DNA of 64,000 nt, from NCBI GenBank assembly GCA_951406725.2, contig OX597824.1, positions 39,060,001 through 39,124,000 on the forward strand, in the 5' to 3' direction. Below the pieces are notes generated by a model that had not been told where the DNA came from, did not search any database, and saw only the letters and a program-made list of their open reading frames with translations. Position 1 is the stretch's first letter, and every line of letters begins with the position of its first letter. The DNA is from Octopus vulgaris (lineage: Eukaryota). Both the position numbers and the translations under genes were made by a program. Shown here piece by piece: positions 14,763 to 28,745 of this stretch.

Positions 14763-15161
14763 GGTGAAGGCGTGGCTATGCGGTAAGAAGTTTGCTTCCC
14801 AACCACATGGTACCGGGTTCAATCCCACTGCGTGGTACCTTGGGCAACTATCTCATCTACTATAGCTTTGGGCCAACCAAATCCTTCTGAGTGGTTTCGG
14901 CAGACGGAAACTGAAAGAAACCCGTCTTATGTATATATGTCTATGTGTCTTTGTGTGTGATTGTTCCCCATCACTACTTGATAACCGGTGTTGGAGCGTT
15001 TGCGTCCCTGTAACTTAGCGGTTGGGGGAAAAGGGACAGATAGACTAAGTACTAGGTTTTAAATAAATAAGTACTGGAGTCAATTCTTTCGACTAAGAAT
15101 TCTTCAAGTCGGTGCCCACAGCATGGCTACAGTCAAATAACAGGAACAAGTAAAAGATAAA
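14763..15161 (+). mobile_element. SINE family A, full length
   Basis: ggcgtggctatgcggtaagaagtttgcttcccaaccacatgg head; gcatggctacagtcaaataacaggaacaagtaaaagata tail. Confidence 0.88.
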
Positions 15162-15344
15162 ATATATACCATACCCCCTTCTCTGGACTGCTGCATCGCA
15201 GAACATCGGATTCCCCTCAGTGTTTCATCTCCAGTTGATATTTGAAAGATATTGTTTTGGTTAATATACCTAAGCACACCTAGTCGTCACTCGCAAGCAA
15301 ACGCAGACTTCCTTACATCCCTTTCATCTTATAATAAAAGAAAG

Positions 15345-15571
15345 TAAAGTTCCTTCCCGAGACATATAGACTTTCCATTGCTCATATATATACGCCACCT
15401 GGATGGGATGCCGGTCTCTCGCAGGTTTACTCATTTTTACCAGCTGAGTGGACTGGGGCAACGTGAAATGAAGTGTTTTGCTCAAGACCACAACACGTCA
15501 CCTGGTTCAGGAATCAAAACCACAATCTTACAACCATGAGTCCAGTACCCTTAACCACTAAGCCACTCGCC
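15345..15571 (-). mobile_element. SINE family C (tRNA-derived); related fragments at ~16800-16940 (-) and ~43905-43990 (+)
   Basis: Minus strand ggcgagtggcttagtggttaagggtactggactcatgg...gattcctgaaccagg (A/B boxes), then tcttgagcaaaacacttcatttcacgttgc shared by the other copies. Confidence 0.75.
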
Positions 15572-16685
15572 TCAACTCTCACCCTGTACTTAGCGAAACA
15601 TCCATGGCGTGGGAACTAGAGGCGAACTTCTTAAACAAACACTAACACCTGCGCTCATTTTATCATTCATAAGCACTGGTCCTGTGAACTGTTAAAATTG
15701 TGAGAAAATGTATTAGAATTTAAGGTATCTTTCGTGTCAAAATATCAACATAATAGTGACCAATCGAATCCAAGAGAGCTTCTGGGAGATTACACATCTT
15801 GCAAAAAGTAGCTGTCAAACTTCTCTTGCACTACAGCCTAGTGTCATTGAAAAGGAAGCTAGATACAGACCGTCGTAAAGCAAGATGAGGTTGTCACAGC
15901 TGGAACTCTTTTGATAATAGATCTGCTCGGTCAGGTCAGGACTAACTGAACTAAACAATAATAGCAAAATAAGAGCAACGGCAGATAAGAGAATGAGCCA
16001 AAGAGGGCTTCTCTACGTTGTTACTTGTTCTGCTAAAATTAATGATTAAATCTCGCTAAAAAACAAACCACTTCCTACTATCTGAAATAAGGCGAAAACA
16101 CATTTGATCATCTATTCGTTGCTACAATACAGTAGACGGAATGGTAACTGTTGGAAATCCTTCGGTCAGGACTCACCTGGGGACAAACAACAAGAACAAC
16201 AAGAACAACAACAAGAACAACAACAACAACAACAACAAGAGCATTAACAACAACATAAAAAACAACGACAAGACAAACAGAATGGTCCAATAAAACTACA
16301 CTATGTTGCTTTTACTCTACTAGAAATAACTTCCAAATTTCCTGCTAATCAATCGCATGTTATTTTCTAAAATAAAACGACTACTCATTAGATGAACATG
16401 CGTTTAGATAACTAAAAAAGGAGAGGTGGACACAGGTGGAACTCTTTTAACGAAGGATCTGTTTGATTTATCCGAGGCTAAGCTATAACAGCAACACCAA
16501 CAATAAAATAAAATGGTAAAACAATTGGACATACGAGTAGCAACATATTCCAATCCTCACAGTCGTTGTCGTTACATAGCAGTTTAATCATTCCTGAATA
16601 GCTAGATAAATTGCCAGAACACTATAACATCACTTTATGAAAAACTGTCCCTCACTCTGTCTCCTCTCAATAAAAATGCAAATGG

Positions 16686-16733
<48 letters not shown>

Positions 16734-17169
16734 CGATGATGATGATAATGTTTGGGCTGTACATTAGGTCACTATGTCCTGAAAATTGACGTTGCCTGTA
16801 CCACACATCAGGTGTCGAAGTGAATGCAGAACAATGTGAGACGAAGCGTTTTGCTCAAGAACTCAACGCATCACCCGATCCAGGAATCGAAACTACGATA
16901 ACGTGATTGAGAGTACAACACACTAACCACTAAGGTATGCTCTCCCCACACATACACAATATACACTCTCTAAAACGGAGGTAGTTCTAATAACTTGGCT
17001 GGTAAACACGATTCTTCTTCAGTAAATTCTGGTAAATTAAAGTTGATTAAGGAAAATCAATCACAAAAGCAAACCAAACTGCAATAACAGTAATAGAGCA
17101 CCCATGTAAACACTTGACTTGCCAAAAATAACAGCCAAATTCCCACTAATCACATCTTATTTTCTTAAA

Positions 17170-17540
17170 GGCGCAGGCGTGGCTGTGTGGTAAGAAGTTC
17201 GTTTTCCCAGCACATGGTTTCGGGTTCAATCCCACTGAGGAACACCTAGGGCAAGTATCTTCTACTATAGCCTCGGGCCGATCAAAGCCTTGCGAGTCGA
17301 TTTAGTAGACGGAAACTGAAAGTATTCCGTCGTATATTTGTGTGTGTTTGTCCCCAACCATCACTTGACGATAGGCGTTGGAGTGTTTTGCCCCCTTTAA
17401 CTTATCGGTTCGGCAAAAGAGTGCGACAGAATAAGTACCAGGCTTTAAAAAGATAAGTACTGGGTTTGATTTGTTCGACCAGAATTCTTCAAGGGAGTGC
17501 ATGGCCGCAGTCTAATGGGTGAAACAAAAGATAAAAGAAA
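17170..17540 (+). mobile_element. SINE family A
   Basis: ggcgcaggcgtggctgtgtggtaagaag head, gcatggccgcagtctaatgggtgaaacaaaag tail. Confidence 0.88.
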
Positions 17541-17804
17541 GTTAAAAAAATGAAAGATCACTGAGACTATGTATGCCTGAGGTTTAAAAAGACTTGAAAG
17601 TCGTTACTGGAATGTCCTTCATCATAGGTTTGCTCTGTCCTTGGGGCTGAACTAAAACAACTTGTGAAACTTACTTTATCAATCTTGAAAGGATGAGAGA
17701 CAAATACATCCCTGAAGGAATTTGAACTAAGTGCTAAATACTATAAAGTATATTGTCTGGCAGTTTATCAGTTCAGCTATCAACCTCTCTACATGAATAT
17801 CACT

Positions 17805-18140
17805 TTTAAATTTTAGGACAAGACCGGGAATTACGGGGACGGGGTTAAGTTGATTACACCGGCCCCAGCGCTCAACTGGTCAGGCGCGGTCTCAGGAATT
17901 TTTCGAAGGAAGGGCGCATGGTCAGAAAGGAATACAATTCCAGGAGAAAAGGGCGTAATATCATTATTTAGAAGGGCGCAGTTCTTTTCTTGAGGCGGGG
18001 CACGTGCTCTTCATGCCTCCCCACCTTGTGCCCGTCCCTGCTGGTACTTATTTTATCAATCTCGAAAGGATGAAAGGCAAAGACGACTTTGGCGGAATTT
18101 GAACTTATAACGTAAAGAAGGACGAAATGCCGTTAAGCGT
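17805..18140 (-). mobile_element. SINE family B interrupted by a 160-bp MITE
   Basis: Family B sequence on both sides of 17881-18040 rejoins as ...gctcaactggt|acttattttatc... Confidence 0.8.
17881..18040. mobile_element. MITE with CAGG...CCTG termini and 5-bp TSD (CTGGT)
   Basis: Termini caggcgcgg / ccgtccctg; CTGGT at 17876-17880 and 18041-18045; GC-rich interior. Confidence 0.7.
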
Positions 18141-18624
18141 AACTCGGCCACATTTCCAAGGTGCCTACGAGCCTGTTGTCAGACCAGTTAAGAGAAGTGT
18201 ACATGGCTGCTAGCCTTCAACCTTCAATGATCCAGTTCATATAGGAGTAAATAGATCCAATAATTAATGTACAACTTGGAAATTAAGTTATGCTAATTAA
18301 TATTTGAGAATATCACACTCGGCTTAAACAGCAGCAAGTATTAATATTTTAAAATCGAAATTTTATGTATATTGATGGCTTTCAGCTAATCGATTATGGA
18401 TGATCACCGTATTTAAAATATTAAGATTGCGTATTGCACTTTTAAGTTCAATTAGCAGTCACTTAGATCTCATAACTGTTTCATTTCCAGGCGTCAAGGG
18501 AGCTAATTTCATATTAAGCATCCATTGAAGGATCTGAACTCAACATGGTGACATATCCAGCCGATTTCCGTTAGCTCAGCTCTACGATATGCATAAATTT
18601 AAATGCTTCAAGATTTTGTATTAT

Positions 18625-19010
18625 TTATCTTTTATCTTTTAAATGTTTCAGTCTTTGGACTGTTGCCATGATGGGGCACTACTTTGAAGGCTTAAGCCGA
18701 ACAAATTGACCACAGTACTTATGTTTTAAGCCTGGAACATATTATATTGATCTCTTTTGCCGAACCGCTATGATACGGGAATTTAAACAAACCGAATCAA
18801 GTTGTCAAGCAGTTCGGCCGGGGAAGGGGACACACACACACACACTCACACACACATACTACTGTCTTCCCCACTCTTTCCTCTTACCAAATACACTCAC
18901 ATGTCGGTCCGATGCAGTAGTGGAAGACTTTTACTTAAGGTATCGCACAGTGGAGCTGAGCCTGAAACCACCAAAGCAAGTTTCTTTATTACATAAGCAT
19001 ATCTGCTTCC
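18625..19010 (-). mobile_element. SINE family A variant, decayed
   Basis: Reverse complement of family A tail and body (tcttttgccgaaccgcta, ttgtcaagc). Confidence 0.65.
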
Positions 19011-19689
19011 AATTGACTTAGAAAAATGAGAATTGGGATGAAAGGAAAGAGATTTAGTTTATGTAATGCCAATTATAACGAGAATCGAAACCGAAAAGAC
19101 AGAATGCTTAGAATTTACAACTATAGTTGTTTGATCTCTGAGTGGGTCTTAAATGTAATTATGTTTTGTCTCAAATTAGTAACAAAGTTAAATGTAACAT
19201 GAAAACAAAAATTCGGCTCATGAGAACTTCGAATTCTAGCCTTGGTATTCTGTTAGAAATACTAAACACCAAACATCTGACTGAAAACAATGAAAAAAAC
19301 GTTACAAATGACAAACAGCAGAAATATGAACAAATTATGGGTCCTTCATCGGTTTTAACGATGATTATTCATTTGTTCGATCAAGTGGATGTCCGACTCG
19401 TTAAATTATTCCCTAAGTGGCTGAGTACTCCACAGACAAGTGTACCTTTTATTTAATTCCAAAGCCGAATTAGACTAGCGTAACACAGTATATGACAACG
19501 GTGTTCCTCTAAAATTTATGTACATCCATTCGAGGTACTGTCGAAAGGGCATAGTCTGAGACGTCAATTTTTCCACTGCGCGGAGGGACCAAAGGCTAAT
19601 GGAAACTCATTACTGTTTGGCATTTAAACACATTTAATTTCATTCAAAATGCTTAATTTAGCTTGATACCTCAGCGTATAATAAATATA

Positions 19690-20770
19690 ATGACAATAAG
19701 GGAACCTATCATCCACGTGCAGACACTGATCGTCTATACATGAAGAGAACAAATGTTGGAAAGGGACTGATAAATGCGGAAGACTGCATATCGAACTCGG
19801 GAGTGTACTGAGATATCTATCCCTAAGTGAAGAATGAGTTAGGAATGAGGGAGTATTGAAAGTAGAGAAAAAAGGAAAAACAAAGGAAGAAGTACAAAAA
19901 GGACATGAAGAATCATTACGCAACAAGAGACTACGTAATCAATTCCGTGTAGCCACAACTGAAGTTGCTGGAAAACATAGGTGGGATTGGTGGATGAAGG
20001 GGACACTGAAAAAGAGACTGAGAACACTATAGAGAGAGCGCAAGACCAAGCTTTGGCCACGAATTGGAGAGTCAATCTAAGGAATGAACAAGTGTTTCCA
20101 ATGTGCCGCATGTGTAATAGAGTGGACGAAACCATTGCCCATAACACGAACGTATGCTCTAGACTTCTCCAAAACCACTGTAAGTTGTGACAATACGACG
20201 AGTCAGCAAAAGTGCTACATTGGAAACTGCGTGTAAAGTGGGGACAAGACGTGGTATGAGCTCAAACCGCAGAAAGTGACGTAGTCGGAGACTAGCAAAA
20301 TCCTTTGGGATTTCCCAAACCAAACAAATTAGATACTAGAGCATGACAGACTGCATATAGCGATGGTCGACAAGATGCACTACATTTGCTCTATAGTTGA
20401 TGTTCTTTGCCCCTTTTACCGACGAATAATCAAGAAGGAAGGCGAAGAAATAGATACATACCATCCTTTTAAGTATGAAATAGCCCCACTATGGAAAATG
20501 AAGAAAGTGAAGATAGTGCTAATTATTGTTGGATCCTTGGGGACAGTATCAGAAGGCATCAAGAGGAATATAAAGGAAGTCGGAATAGGTAGAACTGTTA
20601 CAAACATTTGACCCCTTGGGATAGCCAGAATAATCAGGAAAGTATGAGATAGTTGAAAAGAACAGATGGCGTGGTACTGTAAGCTTCTGGCACCAAGCCC
20701 GCTACGCATGCAAGACTCCGGAATTCCAACAAAACCTGAGATTAAAAGAATAGTAATAATAATAATGATA
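19690..20770 (+). mobile_element. R4/Dong-type non-LTR retrotransposon 3' fragment (CCHC knuckle plus restriction-like endonuclease), decayed
   Basis: AQDQALATN, CRMCNRVDETIAH...C, KVLHWKL, KILWDFP, VDK...IVDVLCPF, KYEIAPLWKMKKVKIVLIIVGSLGTV across broken frames; ends in a TAA-repeat tract. Confidence 0.8.
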
Positions 20771-21703
20771 ATCTTTTCTACTATAGGCATAAGACCTGAA
20801 ATTTAGGTAGTTGATGTAATTGACCGCAGTGCTCGACTGGTATACTTTATCTATCGACCCGGAAGGACGAAAGGCAAAGACGACCTCGGAGGAATTTGAA
20901 CTGACAGACGAAATGTCGCAAAGCAATGTGATTAACATCCGTACCTGTTTTAGTAGAAGTTTATATATGGTTGATTGTAACGCTAAAAGTAGCAATTACA
21001 TTTCCATCATATCAGTTAATACGATCTTTAATAAATAAAGTACACGTTTATTTACCTAATCCTACATTACCTAAAAGGAAGAATGGGCTATGTTTGGAAA
21101 TCTGTTGATCATTAATCTGCTCTGTCAGGGCTGACCAACCTTAAGATACACCCCAACAACTCCAGCAGCAGCAGCAGTAACAACAACAGAATCATCAGTA
21201 CACAACTGGTGTTTGTTTCAGGTAACCTACTCAAATTCAAACTTAGAAGTTTGAATGATAAAATTAAATACTAGTGAAATTTCGAATTCAAGAAAATTGA
21301 TGAGGAACTGTGCTGGCAAAAAAGGTAACTGTAAATGCAGAAGTTATTGTAGTATGTCAATAAGTTCGATTACGTTAAAAAGACAAATATATATATATCC
21401 AACCGCGCTCTCCGCTCTCCATCTTCGCCACCACTTCCCTGCCCTAGGTATATATATTTAACGATGATTGCTCATCTTTCTAATGTCCCTACCAAATATA
21501 TTCATCGTTTTCAGTTTTGATCGCCATTACGTGATAATGTCCAGTCGAAAGGGCATTGTCTGAAATGTCAGCATTTTTCCGCTGCGCAAAGGGACCAAAT
21601 GCTACTGGAAACTAATTACTCTTTGGCATTTAATTAAAGATATTTAATTTAACTCAGCATACGTAATTTAGTGTGATGCATCAGCGTGTAATGAATATTT
21701 AAC

Positions 21704-21810
<107 letters not shown>

Positions 21811-22344
21811 TTTTAACATTAATTTTAGGTTTGGCTGAATAAACAGGATAAACAGAAATCAATACACGTTTCTATATATTTAATTACTTTTATTCGGCAG
21901 AAGTTACAAAGCGATTCACGGGCCGAGTGTTTCGTGCTTAACATTAATCGAATTGACTTTAAATGTGTGAATTTGCTTTTGTATATATTGAATTATAATT
22001 ATATTGTTTCTCTGGTTTGTACGAGAAAAAATCTGAAAGGGCATTCATTTATTCAATGAATTGCTTAATGGACAGAATGTTTGAAAAATATGTATTTTTC
22101 ACGCGACCCTCCATCTTAATTGTTTTTTCTCTCGAACAATCGTAAGATAATTATAACTAAAATTCAATCTATATAGAAGCAGGCTCGTAAATTTGAAAAC
22201 AGTTTTATAAGTGCTATTGCACAAAAGTTCCGGCCTTTCAGTCACTTTATAACATCTGCCGATTGAAAATAATACAACATTAATAATAATAATACTTGAC
22301 AACATAGACACAAAACCAACAATTTTGCAAAATAAAAATAAGTT

Positions 22345-23560
22345 ATATAAACACCTGTGTTTGACTGGCTCTTTATGTTATCTATCCTAGAGGTATAAAA
22401 GGCGAAGCTGATCAGTGGAGGTTGAACTCGGAATTTCAAGAACCGAATCAAATGTCTCAAGGCAATTTGTCCAGTGCTCTAACCGTTCTACCAATGTAGC
22501 CCCACAACTCAGGATTGTTTCGTATATAGGCACAAGGTCAGCATTTTCGTAAGGAGGGTATTATACGATATCATCGACTCTAGTATTTGACTGGTGCTTT
22601 ATTTCATCAACCACCCGAAGGATGAAAGGCGAAGCTAAAGTGGGTGAGATTTTACCTGAGAAATTAAAGAGCCGGAACAAATATCTCAAAGTATTTTGCC
22701 CAGTGCTCTAACGATTCTGCCAGCTACCACTGATATCAATAATGGTTTCTAATTTAGGCACAAAGCTTTTCTTGATGGGATGGGGTTAGTTGATATCGGT
22801 ACCATCAAACCTCAGTATTTGACAGGTGCTTTATTCTATCGACCCTACAAAGATGAAAAGCAAAGATGTGTTCTGTGAGATTTGAACTCAGAACATAAAG
22901 AAGTGGAAGAAATGACTGGAGACATTTTGTCTGATGCTGTAATAATTCTATAAATCTTCTACAGTCATGTCATCATATAATAGCATTTAATTTATTATGG
23001 CATTCAATGTAACACTCCACTGTTGTGGAACTCCAGCCACCTTTTGGGAACATTAATAAACTTTCTTTCACATTGCTTAACATTTTATTGTCTAGGTGTC
23101 AACTGTACCAATGAGTTACTGATGCATATTTTCTCAGTCGACTTTCTGTAGGTATTACACTTCATAGTTTAACACAGTAATAATTGTTTTTAACTTTAAA
23201 GAAGGGTTAAGAAGTTAGTCAATTATTTTGACAGCAGTACTTCACTGGGGACTTTATTATATCGGTACCAGAAGAATGAATGGCAAAGTTGACCTCGGTG
23301 AGATCTAAACTCAGAACGGCAAGATTTAAAAATATATTGCAAGGCATTTTATCCGACACCCTAATCTTTCCACCAATCCGTCGCCTTTTCTAAAATGATG
23401 ATAGAATGATTTCTGGCATGAACATAGAATCGCATACTGCGGGTGGAGTGAGTACAATTAATTGTATCGGTTGTAGATTTTGATTTGCACCTATTTATCG
23501 GCCCTAGTAGATTAAAAAGTTAAGTCAACATCGACAGAATTTGAACTCGATACACAAATT
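22345..23560 (-). mobile_element. Cluster of about five old SINE family B copies
   Basis: Degenerate gatgaaaggcaaagt...gatttgaactcagaac cores at ~22395, ~22620, ~22850, ~23275 and ~23520. Confidence 0.7.
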
Positions 23561-24917
23561 GGCATAAGTAAATATATCGGGAAGCATAACCTTCTCCGTT
23601 CCCTTTGCCGATTCTCCCTGCAAAGGGAACATACAAACCCCAACGCAGACATAAAATTGTATTTACTATGACACAGGGAGATAGGGTCTTATAAAGTTAG
23701 GAGGACGTTATAAAATATCCACCGCAAACTTCACAAATATTTAGTTTAGATCAATGAAAACTTATAGAAATAGCTACAAAGCACAAACAAATCACAAATG
23801 AAACAAAACAACTGTTTTCTGTCATCAAGAAAAGCAAGAATTACATCACAGATACTGATAGTTATGAAGAAAATGGTAAGAAACAAAGAAATTGTGCAAA
23901 AAGTAAAAATTAAGTAAAATTGGGGCCACAGAATGCCATGTTTAAAATGATGGCGACAAAAGGCCCTACATTGCCAATATCTGACGAAAAGGAAAATGTA
24001 GAGTGGGATAGAATTAAACAAAGTAAAAATGGCAGCTTTTAAGCTGAAACGCCATGATTCTTGGCAGAAGCATAAGATCGAAGACTTCCTATTGTAAGTT
24101 ACCAAAAGAAAATCATGAAACAACCCTTTTGATAGCACATCGCCTGGAATCGACTCTGGTTCTATTATTCAAACGTCTTGTTTTAGAGTAATATAACATA
24201 AAACCCGCCATTAAGATTCCATGCTTGTTTATGTTCCAAACACCAGCTTAATAATAATAATAAAGTTATTTTGATATATTTTCATTATTTTCAAAATTAA
24301 CTGAAACCAAGTAATGAAAGGTTAAAATAAATAATCGTAGGGGATATTGGATGTTGAGGCTGAGAAGAAATAATTAAAGATATTGTCCCTGTCGACCCAG
24401 CGGCAATACGCCGTGAGGAAGGACGGAGTTAGGGTTTTCTTACACTGGAAAGGTTGTCTGCAACGTGTAATACCAACATAAGACCAGTCGTATGAACAGG
24501 CAACAGAAATACTCTAAGAGACTGAGAAAGTGTACTACGTTAGGATATGACAATCTAGATAAAAAAGGAAAATGAAAGAAAATGCGCTTGGTATTGTTGA
24601 GAAATGCAGGGTGCAACAGAAAACCATTTCATATTTTATACAGTCATTGGTATGAGGCCAGAGAAATTAGGCAGGTAGCAATGGTGTCTTCATGTAGCTA
24701 ATGTGTTATGTTTCCGTAACCATTATGGTTTAGGCCAGTACATCAAAAATGATGAATCTGGGACTTTCCTTTTCTTCCATCCCGTACTTAATCTATGTAT
24801 CAGTCACAACAGATGATGAAATATTTCTAAAAGAAACGGAGAAATTGTCCAAGCCTAAAGATCTGGAGATAGAGGTAACAAACAGGTAGGGAGTGAAAAA
24901 AGAAACAATCCCCATAT

Positions 24918-25130
24918 TGGTTTCAAATTTTAGCACAGGGCCAGTAATTTTGGGGGCAGCGGTAAGTCACTTACATCGACTCCAGGCTTTAACTGGGACT
25001 TATTTTATCGAACCTGATAGGATGAAAGGCAAAGTTGACCTCGACGGAATTTGAACTTAGAAAGTAACGACGGACGAAATGCCGCGAAGCATTTTGTCTA
25101 GCTTGCTAACTTTTTTGCCAGCTCGACCCC
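24918..25130 (-). mobile_element. SINE family B (further copies ~20773-20915, 27615-27825, 27880-28090, 37824-37986, 38095-38190, all minus)
   Basis: ggatgaaaggcaaagttgacctcgacggaatttgaactt...gccagctcg core and head. Confidence 0.8.
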
Positions 25131-26400
25131 TTAAATCCCTATTTAAATATATGTTTTGCTACTTATGACTGAAGATCATTCAGTCAAAGCAGCAAATGTG
25201 ATCGTATTATAGAAAATAATTCTCGTAGGCTCAGCATACGTATTATGTAAAATACAGTCAATATAATAAAAATGCAAAACCAAGACAAAACAGTGGTCAT
25301 GCCTAATACGAACAACTATGTCTTCAATAGAGCACACGTAACACGAAATAAAAATAAAAATACTAAAATATAAAAACGTCTGAAAATGACGTTTACTTAA
25401 TTACAAGAAAGAAAATTGAAATATTGCTTACTTTATTAAGCCGGAGCATTCGTACCATGAGACAATTTTGCCATTCAGTGGTATATTTATCGCTTCAACG
25501 ATTGATAAACACGATTAATTTACTAAGAAAATCACCTTTTAATGTGCAACATATTTCCATTATGGTTTACTAAGAAGGAAGCGGGTTGGTTTTATTGATG
25601 ACTTTCTCAGGGTTTCTGCGACAAAGTGAAATCAATAAGATTTGGATTCACATGGATCACCTTGATTATCAGTAGGGTGGTGTCAGCTGCAAATACTGAT
25701 GAAGTTCCAAAGGATTCACTTTATGGTGGTGGTGGTGGTGATAATGTTGTTGGTAGTGCTGGTGGTTGCTAAAGGTCTAAGAGTTGATTTTATTATGGGA
25801 TTGCCACTGGGTTTAGGGAATATGGGTTGGTACAACTTCTGGTACTGTAGAACATCTTCCTGTTCTTGTTAGTATTGATATATTTATGCTCTCGATATTA
25901 CTGTTGTTGTAATTGTTATTGTTGTTCGTGATATTTTGTTTTCGCTTGTTACTTTTAACTGTTGTCGCCTTTGATGTCATGCTCAAAGGATGATGTTTAA
26001 TATCCTGGTATCTACATAATTAAGTATACATGGACATCAGTAAATATATACATGTACTCGCCACCTACACACACATATGCAACAAATACATCTCCAAACA
26101 AGTTTAAGTTTTGCTAGAAAAAGTATTTCAGTGAAGAACAGTCGCGCAATATCAATATAGTACAATATACACAACAAAACCTCATTAAACTAAGAAATCT
26201 CTACGTAAATTTAAACCATACGAAACTAAAATCCCAAATGAAGGGCAAATCCAAAGCGATGAGAACACAAGATGCCAATGAATAACACGTACAATTATCA
26301 CAAGCACATCATCAACGAGCAGACAAATGTCCACAAACACACACACACACACACATTAATTATGTGCACGTATATACACTCATATACATACACACACGCA

Positions 26401-26444
<44 letters not shown>

Positions 26445-26668
26445 CATATACATGTATGCTATTGATGTATATAATTTTTAGGTACCTGTATATATTCCTT
26501 CCATTTTTCGATGAACGACTAACGTACGAAACGTTATATTTTATCTTTCCAATAAAGCGTCAAGAGAAAATCTAACATGGCAAATTTTGGTACTTCTTTC
26601 GTGTCCTTTTAAATGCTCATTGTATTATTGTATTTACACTAAACATATAATTTCATGTATATATATGC

Positions 26669-26731
<63 letters not shown>

Positions 26732-26787
26732 ATTTATATTTTATTTTTATTTTATCTAGTTTCAGCTCACGAGCTATGCGGGGCACC

Positions 26788-26839
<52 letters not shown>

Positions 26840-26883
26840 AATATGTAGATATAGGCATATACATGCACATATAAGCATTTTCG

Positions 26884-26932
<49 letters not shown>

Positions 26933-28499
26933 CATATATAGATTCACATATATACATGTACGTTTAAATATTTGTTGTGCAAGATTTTTTATGTGAAGTC
27001 GTGTGTTGAAACAGATATTGTTATATTTCGGAATGATCATTTTGCCAGTTTAGCCAATATACATATATCACATACACCTATAAATATTTATACGAATGTA
27101 TATATAAAATGCATTTGAATAAATGTTGAATATGCATTTATATATGTATATAAATATGTTTATGCATATGCGTACATCTATACATATTCTTCATATAGAG
27201 TCAATGAATATGAACATGTATATATGTATGTGTGTGTTTATGTATGTATATATTAGTTTTCATCCAATAAACATCAAAAGAATATAAAGAAAAGAAATAA
27301 CAAAAATGGCAGTATCATCATCCATCATCCTCATCATTACTACCACCACCAACAACAACGACAACAATACCATCACTACTACCACCACCATCACCACCCA
27401 CCACCACCCAAAAACAACAAGACCGACACCACCAACACTATCACTACCGCCCCATCATTAGTTTCAAACTCATCATCAACCTCAAGAACAACAACAATGT
27501 TGAAATATTAAAGAAGAAGAGCAACAACTAACATGAATAGAATGAATAGATAAATATTAAAGAAAATGAATACAGAAGGAAAAGAAAGGGATCAAACGAA
27601 CCAATAAAAGGGGTCTCAAATGTAGGCACAAGATCAGTAATTTTTAGGGACGAGTATTAGTCGATTACATCGGCGCCAGTAGTTGAGTAGTACTTATTGT
27701 AACGACTCCAAAAAAAGATGTACCTGCAAAAGTGATCTCGGCGGAATTTGAACTCAGAACTTAAAGAAGTATAAGAAATGGAGTTAAACATTTTGTCCGA
27801 AATGCTAACTATTTTGCCAACAATAATCCTTTCTGTTATAGATGCAATTGTATTCCTTTCTTCTATAGATACAATAATAATCCTTTCTACTATAGGCACA
27901 GGGCCTGGCATTTTGGGAGGAGGTCGTTCGTCGATCTCATCGAGCCAAGTGCTTAGATGGTTCTTATTCTATCGACCCCGGAAGGCTTAAAAATATATTG
28001 GGCGGAATTTTGAACACAGAACGTAAGACCGCATAAAGTACATCTAAGCATTTCGTTCGAAATGCTTACGAGTCTGCCAACTCATCTCCTTGAAAAGAAA
28101 TCGATAATAATGTTAAATAATTTGTGATGAACGTGCTAACTAACTTAAATATAAAGTTAAATATGATAAACCAAAAATGAAATAAACGAAGAAACATTGA
28201 AAAGTATAAATCTACTTCTCAACAGCGGTGTCTGTATGGCAGGCCTGGAAAACATTCTAGTCACCGGAGGAAATTTCGTTTGCATACAGATTAGAAATTG
28301 CTGCAAGGGGAAGACTTTCAACAACTCTCTTGAGAAATATGCTTTGAGCTTTCAAACAAAAATGGCAATTAATTATAAGTTACATACCTATGTGTTTGTG
28401 AAATTAAAGATTCACTATTTTCCTGGACATCTTTGCAACCCCTCGGGTTGTTATACACTTGGGTTTGGCAACTGATGATGAAAATGTCAACCACCTTCG

Positions 28500-28745
28500 C
28501 TCTAAGCGGTCGCTCGACCGGCTAGAAATAGGAGCTAAATTTCCGTCAAAACCTTTTCTTGTCTTTAAAAACAAAACAAAACAGAAAACAAAAAGAAAAA
28601 CAGGAAGAATACGCTGGATAATGTGTAGTCCTGGACTTTAATAGAAAAAATGAAATAGAAGGCCGGTATATTTCAACGGTGATAAATATTTGAATAAAGA
28701 TCTACTACTTCAGCTTTGACCTGGTGTTAAACAACAGCAACAGTA
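28500..28745 (+). repeat. Old dispersed repeat family D (also ~13795-13965, 15795-15960, 16020-16200, 16310-16495, 29400-29600)
   Basis: Shared motifs gctagaaatagcagccaaa at the start and gatctg...cag..ctgacctgg..ttaaacaac at the end. Confidence 0.5.

Noticed and set aside
23700-24900. Possible LINE-derived or exonic sequence
   Set aside because: Purine-rich and coding-like but too decayed to assign any motif.
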